From Octopus sinensis (Eukaryota): a stretch of DNA of 64,000 bases. Made by a program: the position numbers and the translations under genes. The notes below the pieces were generated by a model. It made no database searches, had not been told where the DNA came from, and saw only the letters and a list, made by a program, of their open reading frames with translations. The DNA lies in assembly GCF_006345805.1 (NCBI RefSeq), contig NC_043021.1:17422001-17486000 (forward strand). Reading direction: 5' to 3'. This document shows, in pieces, positions 26,932-42,072 of this stretch (its first letter is position 1; each line of letters starts with the position of its first letter).

Positions 26932-28709
26932 ACACACACACACACACACGGATATAGTTTTATGTGTACACGAAAGCAAAAGGGGTCACTCAAATCAACT
27001 GAAACCCCTTTGATACAATGCTGCAGCATGGACATGACTGAATGAGAGAGCGGGGTGGGGCACGGGTGGAGGAGCCAACCATAAAGGGATAAAAAGGGCA
27101 TACAACGTCGCATACAGTGTATACAAATGCACACACACATGTATATATAGACACATGCAGGAATATATTTCATAGGCGTACACATGTGTCTATATACATA
27201 TATACATCTACACATACAGGCATATTTATACACAGATACCTAAGCAAATACATACACACATGTAAATATACACACATCTGCACATACATGTCCTTGTACA
27301 TGTATACACAAAATGTATATACATATGATTGTATACACATATATGGAGATATTTATGTAAACATATATAATGTGTGTCCTTTTACATGTTTCAGGCATTT
27401 GACTGCGGCCATACTGGAGTACCGCCTTTTGTCGAGCAAATCGACTCCAGGACTTATTCTCTTTGTAAGCCTAGTACTTTTTTCTGTTGGTCTCTTTTGC
27501 TGCACTGCTATGTCACAGGGACGAAAACACACTACCATCGGTTGTCAAGCGATGGTGCAGGGACACACACACACACGCACACATATATAAAGATACACAC
27601 CTATTCACATGGCTTTGATCAGCCTGGGGCTATAGTAGAAGACAAAGTGCAACGCAGTGGAACTGAACCTGGAACTATATGGTTGGGAAGAGAATCCATC
27701 ATACACACGCACACATACATATAGATACAACACATACATCATCATCATCATCATCGTCGTTTAGCGTCTGCTTTCCATGCTGGCATGGGTTGGACGGTTC
27801 GACCGGGGGTCTGGGAAGCCAGAAGGCTGCACCAGGCTCCAGTCTGATCTGGCAGTGTTTCTACAGCTGGATGCCCTCCCTAACGCCAACCACTCCGAGA
27901 GTGTAGTGGGTGCTTTTTACGTGCCACTGGTACAGGTGCCAGACGAGGCTGGCAAACGGCCACAATCGGATGGTGCTTTTTACGTGCCACTGGCATGGAG
28001 GCCAGTCGGGGCGGCGCTGGCAACGGCCACGTTCAGATGGTTCTCTTACGTGCCACCGGCACTGGTATCACAGCTACAATTTCCATTGATGTTGATCGAT
28101 TTCGATTTTGATACATACACATTCATATATATATATACATGTATATATATGCATATATGCACACATATTATACTTGACAAACTGGCACCTCTTCAGTAAA
28201 GGTGTTGAAACAGACAACAAATTAAAGTCTGTCATCAAAGAAAGCCATGCTAGGATTTGAACTCAAAACATAGTCTCGAATTTCCAGACTGGCTGTGCAT
28301 TGTACTCTTGAGCAAAACACTTCATTTCACATTACTCCAGTCTACTCAGCTGTAAATGTGTAACCTTGCTCCAGATTGGGGGTCCAAGGGTGAGAGGGTG
28401 ACTTCAGGAATGGAGGTCTTGCGAGCAGTGTTTTTGTATCCATCGATCGGAAAAGACAAACAGTACAACCCCCACCCCCCACAACTAGGTGGGACTGGAT
28501 GCTCAACCACATTGAAGGATGATGATGATGATGATGATGATGATGTCATGTCTGCCCCCCACCCTGAACTCCACCGGCTGGCCCTGCCCTAACAACCATG
28601 CCCGGTTCTTTCTCCCCAAGAACACTGGTCCCCTGAAATCCCCTGCCTACAACAGCTTGACCCTCTAACACTCAGATTACTGCAAGGTTTACTCTTTCTC
28701 TTTTCTTTT

Positions 28710-29110
28710 CTCTTTTTACTTGTTTCAGTCATTTTGACTGTGGCCATACTGGAGCACTGCCTTTAATCGAGCAACTCGACCCCGGGACTTATTCTTTGTA
28801 AGCCCAGTACTTATTCTATCGGTCTCTTTTGCCGGGGACATAAACATAAGTGACGAGGACATAAACACACCAGCATCGGTTGTCAAGTAATGCTAAGGGG
28901 ACAAACACAGACACACAAACATACACGCACATACATATACATCCATATATACGACGGGCTTCTTTCAGTTTCCATCTACCAAATCCACTCACAAGGCTTT
29001 GGTCGGCCCGAGGCTATAGTAGAAGACACTTGCCCAAGGTGCCACGCAGTGGGACTGAACCCGGAACCATGTGGTTGGTAAACAAGATACTTACCACACA
29101 GCCACTCCTG
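28710..29110 (-). mobile_element. SINE family A copy
   Basis: Near full-length match to 44007-44412. Confidence 0.85.
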
Positions 29111-29321
29111 ATTCACATTGTCTTGAATTAGTCAGCCATTATCTTGTAGCTGTGAGATTTCAATGATGTGATTGCTTGTTTTTAGAATGACACTGTAGGG
29201 TAAGTAGGAGAGGCCAGACCTAGCCAGTTGCAAGATAAAACAGGGAGATTATTTGGGTCAGACGTAGCTGGTTTAAATGCTAAAGGTTAAACAGAAGAAC
29301 AATTGTGGCGGGGCAGCAATG

Positions 29322-29590
29322 TCGCTAGAAGCTGGGATCACCAAGCGTAGATTGGCATATTTCGGTCATATTATGCGGAGAGAATCCCTGGAGAAGGACA
29401 TCATGCTCGGAATGGTCAGTGGCAAGAGAGGAAGAGGCCGACCAAGAACCCGCTGGCTTGACACCATCAGGAGTGATACCGGAATGGACATGGCCAGTCT
29501 GAAGGAAGTGGCCCAGGATAGAACTGACTGGAGGACACTGATCCAATGAGTAACCGAGAGTCGACTTCGACTGAGCGGATAGAGAGAGAG
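29322..29590 (+). mobile_element. 5'-truncated RTE-clade (BovB-like) LINE 3' end
   Basis: Translates to SLEAGITKRRLAYFGHIMRRESLEKDIMLGMVSGKRGRGRPRTRWLDTI, matching the typical RTE ORF C-terminus (L.YFGH.MRR..SLEK..MLG...G.R.RGR.R.RW.D); (AG)n tail; possible TSD agcaatg. Confidence 0.85.
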
Positions 29591-32481
29591 CAATGGCCAT
29601 GGACACTGTCCCTTTGTCCAAGCTCAACTAGTTGCAAAAAAAAAATGTAAAATAAAAGAATTCAAAATATTAAAAAAAAACAAAAAAACATGAAACTTGT
29701 TTCAGTCATTTGACAGCAGCCATGCTGGAGCACCACCCTTAGTCAAACAAATCAACCTCAGGACTTATTCTTTGTAATCTAAAGGTTTCTTTTGCCAAAC
29801 TGCTAAGCTACAGGGATGTAAACAAACCAACATCGATTGTTGGGCTATGATGGGGGACAAACAGACACACACACATATATATATGAAAACAAAAAATGGA
29901 ACAGGAACATAACAGGCCATAATAACAAATCATCCGGACAGTTAGCTACATATATGATGGGCTTCTTTCAGTTTCCGTCTACCAAATCCACTCACAGGGC
30001 TTTGGTTGGCCCGAGGCTATGGTAGAAAACACTTGCCCAAGGTGCCCTGCAGTGGGACTGAACCCAGAACCGCGTGCTTGGGGAGCAAGCTTCTTACCAC
30101 ACAGCCACTCCTGTGCCTTGTGTAAAAAGTTATAAATATTTTGTGCATTGGTCACGGTCCAATGATGAAACAAGTGAAATATAGGAAGTACCCAAGGATA
30201 CACATCATCCGATAGACTTCTTCTTCTTCTGTAGGGTGTATGGTTATTTGAGGGTGACTAGGTTACTATTTCCAGCAAAGCAGAGCCTCTTACTTTATTT
30301 ACATACACCATTTCCCCTCCTTTTCTTCTCCTTCCAGGGGGTAGAAGTAGGGTTGGGGTGAGGGGGTGGAGAGGGTGTATGAACATCAAATTAGTAGTCT
30401 TAGTTTTTATTATACTTCCTGAGAGAGAGACAGACAGACAGACAGGGGCATGTGTGTGTGCGTGGTGGGGGAGGGGTGGCACGGAAGAGGAGAGATGAAA
30501 GACAGACAGAGAGAAGTGGGTAGGAGGGTAGGGGATGGGATTTTGGGGAAAAGGGGTGGTGGAGGGTTGGTGGGGGTGGAACGTGTTGGTGCTGGGAGCC
30601 CTAAACAAACAAACTAGGTCAACCTCCAGACTCACTCACCATCATCATCATCATCATAACAACCAACAAGAACAACAACCTAGGTTCTCTCTGTCTCCCT
30701 CCCTCCCTCCCTCTCTCTGTCTGTGATCCAGCTTTTCCCTCCACCAGCCTTGGAAGAGCAGGGTGGGGGGTGTTGAGGATATCTGGGAAGGGGAAGAGAG
30801 GGGTATGGCGGTGGAGAGTGCCCAAGAAGGAAGACACTTTTATTGCTAATTCCCTACCACTACTACCACCACCACTACCACCATCACCACCACCACCAAG
30901 ACATTATCAAGAATATCAACACTACTATGACCACTGTTATACTGGCCATGCCACTGGGACTACCACCACCACCACAGCAAGTGGTAACAACACTACCACC
31001 ATCACCCCTAACTACAGCTAATATCATGACCATCACAATAACAAGTGACCCCTTCCACTGCCACCAGAGCCAAAAATAACACCACAGCAACCATCCCAAG
31101 GACGAGGACCACTGGTATCACCAGTGTCATCACCACCAACACCACCCCACACCCTCCAGGCTATTTGAGTCAAGGAAGAAGTCTCAGTATGGTTGCTCGA
31201 CTAGCTAGAAAGAGCAGCTAGATATCCTTCACAATGACACTGGACCGGCTTAGGAATATAAAAAAAAAAAAAGAAAATTGACTATCCATTAAATAATCCT
31301 TTCTACTAAAGGTACAAGGCCTGAAATTTGGGGGGAGGGGGCCATTTGATTACATTGACCTCCCCAGTAAACAACTGGTGCTTAATTTATCAACCTCCAA
31401 AAGGACGAAAGGCAAAGGCAACCTTGGCCAGTGGCACGTAAAAAGCACCATCCAAATGTGGCCGTTCGCCAGACCCCCCCTGGCACCTGTGCTGGTGGCA
31501 CATAAAATCACCCACTACACTCACGGAGTGGTTGGCGTTAGGAAGGGCATCCAGCTGTAGAAACACTGCCAGATCAGACTGGGCCTGGTGCAGCCTTCTG
31601 GCTTCCCAGATCCCCGGTCGAACCGTCCAACCCATGCCAGCATGGAAAGCGGACGTTAAACGATGATGATGATGATGATGTACTGAGGTTTCTTTAGGGT
31701 CACCTCATTTGTCATTACATCTAATAAAAGTCCTATGGCAATGGAACCAATCGGTTTTCAAATGATGCTGGCAAGGTGATGCTGAGCAAACCAACGTTCC
31801 TTCCTGATCAGAAGGGTAGGTCATCACAGGGTTGGTTACACACATACAACTGAAGACTAAACCGATTGGAAGCCCCACAAGAAGTTACACAAACTTTCAT
31901 TTGTCACCTAAACTTCAAACCATGCAGATCTGCAACAGGACTGAATAATCACCCGAGAGGTCATGGATGGAAAGTCAGAAATGATATTGAAAACAAGAAG
32001 GCACAAGCAGGCAACAATCATCAAAGAAGATGGAACAATCATCGTAGACATCATCATCATCAACATCATCATTTAAGGTCTAGTTTCCCATACTTGCACA
32101 GATTGGATGAAGTTTATTGAAGTGAAATTTCCATGGTCAGGTGCCCTTCATGTCACACACCCTTCACCTGTTTCCAAACAAGGTAACATTTTCCCCGTGG
32201 CCAGACATATTTCTGCGGAATAGGGGAAATAAATAGCATTGCTTGTATGTCAATGACCCTTATTTACATCTAACCCATGATGCCAAGACGAAGACAAACA
32301 CACACACGGATGCGACAAGCTCAGGTTTCTGCCAACCAAATCCAGCCAGAAGTCTTTGGTTGACTTGGGGCTATATAGTAGCAGACACCTTCCCCAAAGG
32401 TGGGCACTCGGTAGGACTGAACCTGAAACCAGCTGCTTGCAAAGGTTACTCCTTAACCGCATGGCCATACCAGTATCTAAG

Positions 32482-32523
<42 letters not shown>

Positions 32524-32552
32524 TGTGTGTGTGCATGTAAATATGTACAAAT

Positions 32553-32963
32553 TACTTCTTTACTACCCACAAGGGGCTAAACACAGAGGGGACAAACAAG
32601 GACAAATATCAACCCCAGTGCGTAACTGGTACTTAATTTATCGACCCCAAAAGGATGAAAGGCAAAGTCGACCTCGGTGGAATTTGAACTCAGAACGTAA
32701 ACGGCAGACGAAATACCGCTAAGCATTTCGCCCGGCGTGCTAACGTTTTCTTATTTCTTTACTACCCACAAGGGGCTAAACACAGAGGGGACAAACAAGG
32801 ACAGATATCGACCCCAGTGCGTAACAGGTACTTAATTTATCGACCCCGAAAGGATGAAAGGCAAAGTCGACCTCGGTGGAATTTGAACTCGGAACGTTAA
32901 CGGCAGACGAAATACGGCTACGCATTTCGCCCGGCGTGCTAACGGTTCTGCCAGCTCGCCGCC
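32553..32963 (-). mobile_element. SINE family B dimer
   Basis: Two tails tttactacccacaaggggctaaacacagagg and one complete head ccagctcgccgcc. Confidence 0.85.
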
Positions 32964-33140
32964 CTTATAAAAATGTACAAATGCACACACAAACCTGTCT
33001 CCTCTATTACAATCACATTTGGTAAAATGTGAAACCAAAGGCGATATCTCTGTAATGCCATCCAAGTATTGAGTTCTTAACACCTCCTGCTTGGATTGCT
33101 TTACACACATGCCAGCATATCTCTTTCCTCCACGTTCTTT

Positions 33141-33186
<46 letters not shown>

Positions 33187-34362
33187 CATTAGGTGTACTA
33201 AACACATATACCACCGTACACGTATATTCATTCACAAATATGGCTGTGTGTGTATATGCGTATAACTATACATCTATCTATTTATACATACATAGTTATA
33301 TATCTGTGTGTGTGTGTGTAACTTCTATCAAAGAACATACAAAAGGCTAAAAACTCAAGTGTTTGCACAAAGCAAGACGCGTGTTGAAGGGGAAATGAAG
33401 AGGCCAATAAGAAAAAAAGGAAATATATAATATATATATATATAATATATATATATGTATATAATGTGTATGATGTATGTATGTATGTATATATATAATG
33501 CATATAAATATATACACATATATATATGCATATATATATATATAATATAATATATATATATATATATAATATATGCATATAATATATACATATATATATA
33601 CATATATACATATATATATATATATGCATATATATATAGATATATATTATATATATATATATTCACATATGCATGTGTATGTATGTATATATATATATAT
33701 ATATATATATAAACACACACATGTGTGTGTGTATACATATGTATAAATACATGGTGTTATATATGTGTATATATATATAGCACACACATGTGATCTATAA
33801 AAGTGCATGGGGCAAGACAGACTTGCCTGGCGGGTGAAAGTAAAGTGGCCAGTCGAAAAGGAAATAAACAAGTGTAAGCACCATACACACATACATATTT
33901 AGACACACACACACATATGTATATTAGCATAATTGTGTAATACACGTGTACGTATAATATATATACATAGACATACACACATACATACACACATATATTT
34001 GTAGAATACAATGTACACTTAATTGAATATGCATATATGAGTTAATGTTTGTGACTGTGTGTGTTTACATGTGTATATATATATATGTGTGTGTGTGTGT
34101 GTATATATATATGTATGTATGTATATATGTGTGTGTATATATATATATATATGGGTGTGTGTATATATATATGTATGTATGTATATATATGTGTGTATGT
34201 GTATATATATATATGTATGTATGTATATATGTGTGTGTGGTATATATATATGTGTGTGTGTATATATATATGGGTGTGTGTATATATGTGTGTATATGTG
34301 TGTGTATGTATATATGTGTATATATATGTTTTATATGTATTTATGATTTATATGTATATGTG

Positions 34363-34409
<47 letters not shown>

Positions 34410-34963
34410 ACGCACACACACACACACACACAAAGTCAAGGTCTCAAGGCCTATTTTCCTCTTTCTGCTTTTGACTTTTCCTTTGTACATCAATCACATC
34501 CCAGGCGGGCCGCAGTTCCCTATTTCAGTCAGACCCTATATTATGGGATTGCCTTTCTGTTGCACCAGGGGCCTGGTCTTCCTGTTCCTACACCAACCCC
34601 ACCCCGACAAACATACACACACAACACTTTTAATGGAGAAGAAGGGATAAGAAAAGAGTGTAAGAGAGAGAGAGAGAGAAAGAGAGAGTGGAAACGGGTG
34701 GGGGTAGGGAATCAAGGTGCCGGAGAGGGGAGGAGAAGTTGGTAAGTTGTTTGTATTGGTGGTGACTGGTAAATAGTTCCATACACCTCTTCCCTGTATT
34801 GCACTGTAAGGAAAGAGTAAAAAGCAGAGACGAGATGGTCACGGATGGACCACCTTTCACTGTTGTGTTGTTTGATCACAGCCACTAAGGATAAGCAACA
34901 ACATTATAATTTCAAAACACTACGTGTGTGTGTGTATGTGTGTGATTGGCCAAGTGGTTAGGG

Positions 34964-35181
34964 CAGTGGTTTTCAACCAGGGTTCCGCAGAACCTTAGGG
35001 TTCCACCAGTACAGTCCAGGGGTTCCACAAGAAGTTACAAAACTGCTAAAATCGACAGTAATTTTTAATTCTCCTGTGCAGATATGTGTGCATAAGACTA
35101 TTAAATTATTGCACAGGGGTTCCTCGAGCCAGTGGAATGTTTCCTTGGGGTCCGCTCCAGCAAAAAGTTTGAAAAGTACTG
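34964..35181. mobile_element. hAT-type MITE with 8-bp TSD, inserted in a tRNA-derived SINE head
   Basis: TIRs cagtggttttcaa / ttgaaaagtactg; TSD ggttaggg at 34956-34963 and 35182-35189; host A-box tggccaagtgg and B-box gggttcaatccc flank it. Confidence 0.85.
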
Positions 35182-35809
35182 GGTTAGGGTGTTGTACTGA
35201 CAATCATTAGATTACGGGTTCAATCCCCCCACACCAGTTGGTGCTCTGTGTTCTTGAGCAAAACACCTTCATATCATTTTCTTCCGGTCCATTCAGTCGT
35301 ATGTGCGTAACCCTGTGATGGCCTACCCTTCTGATCAGGAGGGAACTTTTGCTTGCTCACCTTGCCAGCATCATTTGAAAACTGAAATAAGGTGAAATGC
35401 ATTGTGACTGGCAATGTATAACAACACCTCAGTCATGTGATCACTGTGTGTTGTGCCACCGACACTTGTATCACAGCTACGTATTCTTATCTTATATGTA
35501 TTGAATTTTATACTGTATATATGTATGTTGTTATGGCTGTCGTTTTGATAAATATATAAGTCAACATTCTAATATCCTAAAGCTGATAAACCAACTAATG
35601 GGTTTCTCCATTTTCTTATTTGAATTATAAATTAATGGTAAAATATTTCTTTACCTTCACCCATTTAACACACTAAGTAAGTTTATTGCATTGCAATTAA
35701 AAACACTTGTGTATTAATAATTTGGGTATTATACCAACAGTATATTGGATAAGTATTATCCCTTAGTGGGTTTGATCCACAACCCCTAACTTACTTGGTA
35801 TTTATATAT

Positions 35810-36200
35810 ACTCTTTTACTCTTTTACTTGTTTCAGTCATTTGACTGCGGCCATGCTGGAGCACCGCCTTCAGTTGAGCAACTCGACCCTGGGACTTATT
35901 CTTTGTAAGCCCAGTACTTATTCTATCGGTCTCTTTTGCCGAACCGCTAAGTGACGGGGACATAAACACACCAGCATCGGTTGTCAAGCAATGCTAAGGG
36001 GACAAACACAAACATACACGCACGCATATATATACATATATACGACGGGCTTCTTTCAGTTTCCGTCTACCAAATCCACTCACAAGGCTTTGGTTGGCCC
36101 GAGGCTATAGTAGAAGACACTTGCCCAAGGTGCCACGCAGTGGGACTGAACCCGGAACCATGTGGTTGGTAAACAAGATACTTACCACACAGCCACGCAC
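35810..36200 (-). mobile_element. SINE family A copy
   Basis: Near full-length match to 44007-44412. Confidence 0.88.
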
Positions 36201-36479
36201 TCACATATGGTTGGGCTGCAACTGGTGTTGTTTGCTGACATTTTCTGTAAGCAACCCACCTGGGAGTTCAACACTTTCAAATTCCACTGGAATGAAAATA
36301 TCCTTGCTTGGAAAAACAGCTAACAACAGTTGCAGTCATGGAGAGGACACGACCATAAAAACTGGGCCTCAGGCATTTCCTGTCTAAGCCATGCTAGCAT
36401 AGAAAAGTAGACACTAAACTCTGATGAGGGTAAAAAAAAAAAAATGCCACACACACATCTTAGCTGCTTGTAATCCTAA

Positions 36480-36682
36480 TTCTCCGTCCGGGTTGCGGAT
36501 CCGTGGAACAAGCTGCCAGACAAGATGGTGAAGATGCCGACGACCGCTTTGTTCAAAGCCTCCCTTGACCTCAAGTGGCCTGAACTCTTTACATGAACAC
36601 CACCCTGTACTTAACTCCATGTCCCCCTACATGGCCTTGCTATTTGCTTTTGAGCCAAATTAACTAACTAACTAACTAACTA
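36480..36682 (+). mobile_element. CR1-clade LINE 3' fragment with (TAAC)n tail
   Basis: 36480-36596 translates to FSVRVADPWNKLPDKMVKMPTTALFKASLDLKWPELFT*, the CR1-type ORF2 C-terminal motif FS.RV...WN.LP........FK..LD. Confidence 0.8.
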
Positions 36683-37562
36683 CTTCCAATTACTTCCCTT
36701 TAATACATTCAAGACTGAACACCAGTTACTTCCCTTCGACAAACTACTGAATTACACCTCTCCCTCCCATTACTTCTTTTAATTCTCTCTCATGTTGTTA
36801 ATTGATGTGCAAACCACATGACACACATATCAGCCAATGAAATGCCTGTAACCCAACCCTGTCAAGAATTTCACCTGCGTGTTGGTATTTAATGTTATCA
36901 TAAAAGATTACACCATAATCTAGAAACCACCATCATCAGGCAAGATTTTAAACAGCCAACCAGGACATAAACAAAATCTGCTGTCGACCAGGTTAACAGT
37001 TTCAAATCTCACCTGTTTAAAATTTTACCTGATAACGGTGAATTGTATTTTGTGATGTAATCTTTTATTATTATATCAAATAAATTTCTACTAAGACAAC
37101 TGTCATAAATTTTGCTTACCGGATCCATTGCTGCACTGAATCGATGGCTGTAAAGGGGATTTGGAGCTTGTATATCTGTGGCATTCTGCTTTATTTCATT
37201 GTGAAGGCTACCGAATAATTGTCACATTTACAGATAAATTCCTCTATTTACATAATATCGAGGTCTCTTTCATTCTTTTGTTGTCTTACCATTCTATATA
37301 TATATATATATATGTATGTAGGTGTGGGCATGGCTGTGTGGTTAGGGAGCTTGCTTCCTAACTACATGGGTTCGGGTTCAGTCCCACTGCGTGGCACTTT
37401 GGGTAGGTGTCTTCCGCTATAGCCCCGAGCCGACCGGAGCTTTGTGATTGAATTCGGTAGGTGGAAGTTACTGCCGTGTGTGTATGTGTGCGTATAGCTG
37501 CTCAGTGCCTCTCCGAAAGAGAGAGAGGGATGTATGTATATATGTGTGTGTGTGTGTGTGTG

Positions 37563-37778
37563 TATCAGAAATGTAAGTGCATGTGGACTTGGCGATTTTC
37601 CCTTACACTTCTTTCTTTTCCTTTGGCCTTTCCTGTGCTTCCTGTTTCCAACACAGAGCTATGCGATGTTTTGAGCATAGCTCTTTGTCGGGAACAGGAA
37701 ATACAGGAAAGTCCAAAGCAAAAAGAAGGAAGTATGAGGGGAAAATCACCAAGTCCACATGCACTTACATTTCTGATA
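37563..37778. mobile_element. 216-bp fold-back element, decayed relative of the 18885-19092 hammerhead repeat
   Basis: Arms 37563-37664 and 37675-37778 are inverted; the minus strand reads gttc-ccgacaa-a-gagc-tat-gctc-aaaacat, compared with gttt-ctgacga-a-gagc-tcc-gctc-gaaacgt. Confidence 0.7.
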
Positions 37779-37779
37779 A

Positions 37780-37816
<37 letters not shown>

Positions 37817-39015
37817 CTAGACTACTCATGACTTGCTGGGTCACCAGGAAACTCTGAGTATCTCAGCCACAGAGTTTTGTTTCAGGGATTTTTTTCTTTC
37901 CCAGGTTATTTTGCATGCTTTCAACAAATGTGACATCGAAAGGTTAGAGTTTCTTCCCTTTCAGGATGAAGTTAAATTTGGAACATTTTCCCATAATGCA
38001 CTGTTTTGGGTATTTATACCCCCAAACCCCAAATATCTCACTAATTAATTACTGCTCTGATTTACGCAAAACTTGTTTCATTCCATTCATATTAACATTT
38101 TAGGGTAAAGTTAATTTATAGTATTTTCCCATTATGCTCCAGTTTGGCCGGGTAACATTGCAAGCAAGCAAGAAAGATTCAAACTGACTTTTAATGTATT
38201 ATAGATATATGTGTGTGCATGTGTGTGTGTGTGCGCGTCTTTTGCATCTGTGTTCATCTCTCGCCACAGGCTGATAACCGGTCTTGATTTGTCTACATCC
38301 TCTGTAACTTAGCAGCTCAGCAAAATAGATCAATAGAGCAAGTACCAGGTTTTAAAAAAGGAAAAGTACCGGGAGGGGGGGTCCATACATTCAGCTAGAA
38401 GTTCTTCAAGGGGGTACCACCCCAGCATGGCCACAGTCTAATGACTGAACCAAGAGAAAGAAAAACGAAAACACACACACACACACACGCACGCACACAC
38501 ACGCACGCACGCACACACACACACACACACCACACCACACACACACCACACACACACACAGAGAGAGGGAGAGGTGGACAAACCTATCTGTTGTGGTAGT
38601 AATACAGGATGTGTAGGGAGATTAATGTTGGTGGCAGTGATGGTAGTGGTGGTGGTGTTGTTATGATGTAGTAATTTTGGCAGTGGTGGTGATGGTGGTG
38701 ATGGTGGGGGAGGGGGGCAGTTGATGGTTAGTGTGGAGTTACATACAAGACTGAAGGAAAAGGCAAGGAAAAAAAAAGAAGAAAAAGAAAAAGAAAAGCA
38801 AAAGGCTGAGGCAAGGGGAGGAGTAAAATATATATAATATATAGTATATATTATATATATATATATATACCTATTATATATCTATATATATATATAAATA
38901 CATATGTATGTGTATATATATATACACACACATTATATAACATATATATATACATATATATATACATATGTATTGTATATATATATACACACACATATAT
39001 ATTACATATATATCT

Positions 39016-39053
<38 letters not shown>

Positions 39054-39405
39054 TATATATATATATATATGTGTTGTGTGTGTGTGGTTGTATATATATA
39101 TATTATGTATATATACCTATGTATAATTATATAAATACCTATGTATATATATATATATATATATATAACAAGGGAGAAGCCAATCCTACTGTGGTGTGGG
39201 TGGGGTGGGTGAGGGGTTGGTTGGTTGGTTGGTTAGGGGTTGTAACATGAAAAAGCAGATCCTTACAGCCAACCAGTCAGTCAGCCCCTAGTTAAGGGCC
39301 CAGCTGTTGCTGGCTGCTTGCCTCCTTCCTTCTACAGAGACCCAGCTCCCCCCTCCTTCCACCTCCACTTGCCACCCTACAGACTTGGTGATTATGCCTG
39401 GCTGC

Positions 39406-39441
<36 letters not shown>

Positions 39442-39647
39442 CGCTTGTATGCAAGTGTGTGAGTGGGAATGTGTGTGTTTGTATGTATGCGCTTGTATGC
39501 AAGTGTGTGAGTATTATTGTGTGTGTGTGTGTGTACACATATGAGCAGTAGAAGTCGATATTATTAAATGCACACACACACATGCATGCACAGTGTGTAT
39601 CTGTGTGCCTCTGTGTGTGTGTGTGTGTGTGTGTGTGTATCTGTGTG

Positions 39648-39680
<33 letters not shown>

Positions 39681-39717
39681 CTGTTGTGTGTGTGTGTGTG
39701 TGTGTGTATCTGTGTGC

Positions 39718-39791
<74 letters not shown>

Positions 39792-40302
39792 CTGTGTGCC
39801 TGTGTGTGTGTGTGTGTTAAAATCACCAAATGTTTCCAGACAGCACAAACACACTCTCTCTCTCACACACACACACACTCACAAACACAGCTTATTATAC
39901 ACACACACACACACACTGAACAAGTGCTAACATTCAATAAACCTCACATACACAGAAACACACATATACGTACATACATATGTACATACATACATATATA
40001 CACACACGTCTGCATGAAGTGTGTGTGTGTGAAACAGGAGTGAATAGATATTAAAATAACTTTAGAATACATCACACATCCATACACACACACACACACA
40101 GATTCTTACAAACATACATACAGCAAATGCTATACAATTCAATAACCTCACATACATATACATACATACATATACAGACACTGTACCTTGCATAACATTA
40201 AACTATTACACACATACACACACACACACACACACCAACTTCTTACATACACACACCAAATGCTTCACCATTCAACAATGTTATATACATACGCTCTCTC
40301 GC

Positions 40303-40907
40303 TTTTACTCTTTTACTTGTTTCAGTCATTTGACTACAGCCATGCTGGAGCACTGCCTTTAGTTGAGCAAATCGACCCCAGGACTTTTTCCTTGTAAGCC
40401 TAGTACTTATTCTATCGGTCTCTTCTGCCGAACCGCTAAGTTACAAGGACATAAACACACCAGCTTCGGTTGTCAAGCGATGCTGGGGGGACAAACACAG
40501 ACACACATATATACATATACATATATACGACAGGCTTCTTTCAGTTTCCGTCTACCAAATCCACTCACAAGGCTTTGGTCAGCCCAGGTCTATAGTAGAA
40601 GACTGTGGCCCAAGGTGCCACGCAGTGGGACTGAACCCGGAACCATGTGGTTCGTAAGCAAGCTACTTACCACACAGCCACTCCTACATATGCATTCTTT
40701 TATTCTTTTACTGGTTTCAGTCATTTTGACTGCGGCCATGCTGGAGCACTGCCTTTAGTCGAAAAAAAAACCGACCCCAGGACTTATTCTTTGTATGCCT
40801 AGTACTTATTCTATCGGTCTCTTTTACCGAACCACTAAGTTGCAGGGACATAAACACACAAGCATCAGTTGTCAAGTGATGTTGGGGAGACAAACACAGA
40901 CGCACAA

Positions 40908-40938
<31 letters not shown>

Positions 40939-41064
40939 TGACAGGCTTCTTTCAGTTTCTGTCTACCAAATCCACTCACAAGGCTTTGAAGACACTTGCC
41001 CAAGGTGCCATGCAGTGGGACTGAACCTGGAACTATGTGGTTGGGAAGCAAGCTACTTACCACA
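40303..41064 (-). mobile_element. Two adjacent SINE family A copies
   Basis: Copies at about 40303-40687 and 40697-41064. Confidence 0.85.
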
Positions 41065-41332
41065 CGTGTGTGTGGTGTGTGTGTGTGTGTGTATATGTGT
41101 GTGTAGATAGATATATAGATAGATAGATAGATATATAGAGAAAGAGAGAGATAGGTAGGTAAGTAGGTAGGTAGATATAGAGACACATCTCACACACACA
41201 CACAGGCACAGCTACAGACACATATACAGACACACACACACAAACACACACACACATACACACACAAACACTGAAAATGCTTATAACATTCAACAGACAC
41301 CCCTCCCCCCCACACACTCTTTGGTTTAAGGA

Positions 41333-41432
41333 NNNNNNNNNNNNNNNNNNNNNNNNNNNNNNNNNNNNNNNNNNNNNNNNNNNNNNNNNNNNNNNNNNNN
41401 NNNNNNNNNNNNNNNNNNNNNNNNNNNNNNNN
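41333..41432. other. Assembly gap (100 N)
   Basis: Run of N. Confidence 1.
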
Positions 41433-41657
41433 TATTTCAACTAAAAGTATGTATATATTGTACTCTTTCAAGGACATTCACAGTTAACCCTTTTGGCACT
41501 ACAGTTCTTCAAAAAGACACTGCTTTGGTTTCAATTAATTTCAAAAAATAATGAAGAATTTAGTAAGACACTGCTGTTATTAAACCGGTATTTGGAAAGT
41601 AAATTAGCATGAAATTCTATCATAAAAACCAAAAATAGAATCCTTTTGTTACCATAC

Positions 41658-41871
41658 TTTACTCTTTTACTCTTTTACTCGTTTCAGTCATTTGACTGCG
41701 GCCATGCTGGAGCACCGCCTTTAGTCAAACAAATCGACCCTGGGACTTATTCTTTGTAAGCCTACACTTATTCTATCGGTCTCTTTAGCCGAACCGCTAA
41801 GTGACGGGGACGTAAACACACCAGCATCGGTTGTCAAGCAATGCTAGGGGGACAAACACACACACATACAT

Positions 41872-41909
<38 letters not shown>

Positions 41910-42072
41910 GACAGGCTTCTTTCAGTTTCCGTCTACCAAATTCACTCACAAGGCATTGGTCGGCCTGGGGCTATAGCAGAAGGCACTTGCCCAAGATGTC
42001 ACGCAGTGGGACTGAACCCAGAACCATGTGGTTGGTTAGCAACCTACTTACCACACAGCCACTCCTGCGCCC
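41658..42072 (-). mobile_element. SINE family A, full length
   Basis: From the (tactcttt)n tail to the ccactcctgcgcc head. Confidence 0.9.

Noticed and set aside
27777-28199. Recurring ORFs such as DLAVFLQLDALPNANHS and RRHLPKVPRSGTEPGTMW
   Set aside because: Translations of SINE C and SINE A copies, not genes
36690-37200. Possible solo LTR (contains AATAAA)
   Set aside because: Could not define TG...CA ends, a TSD or a second copy in the window
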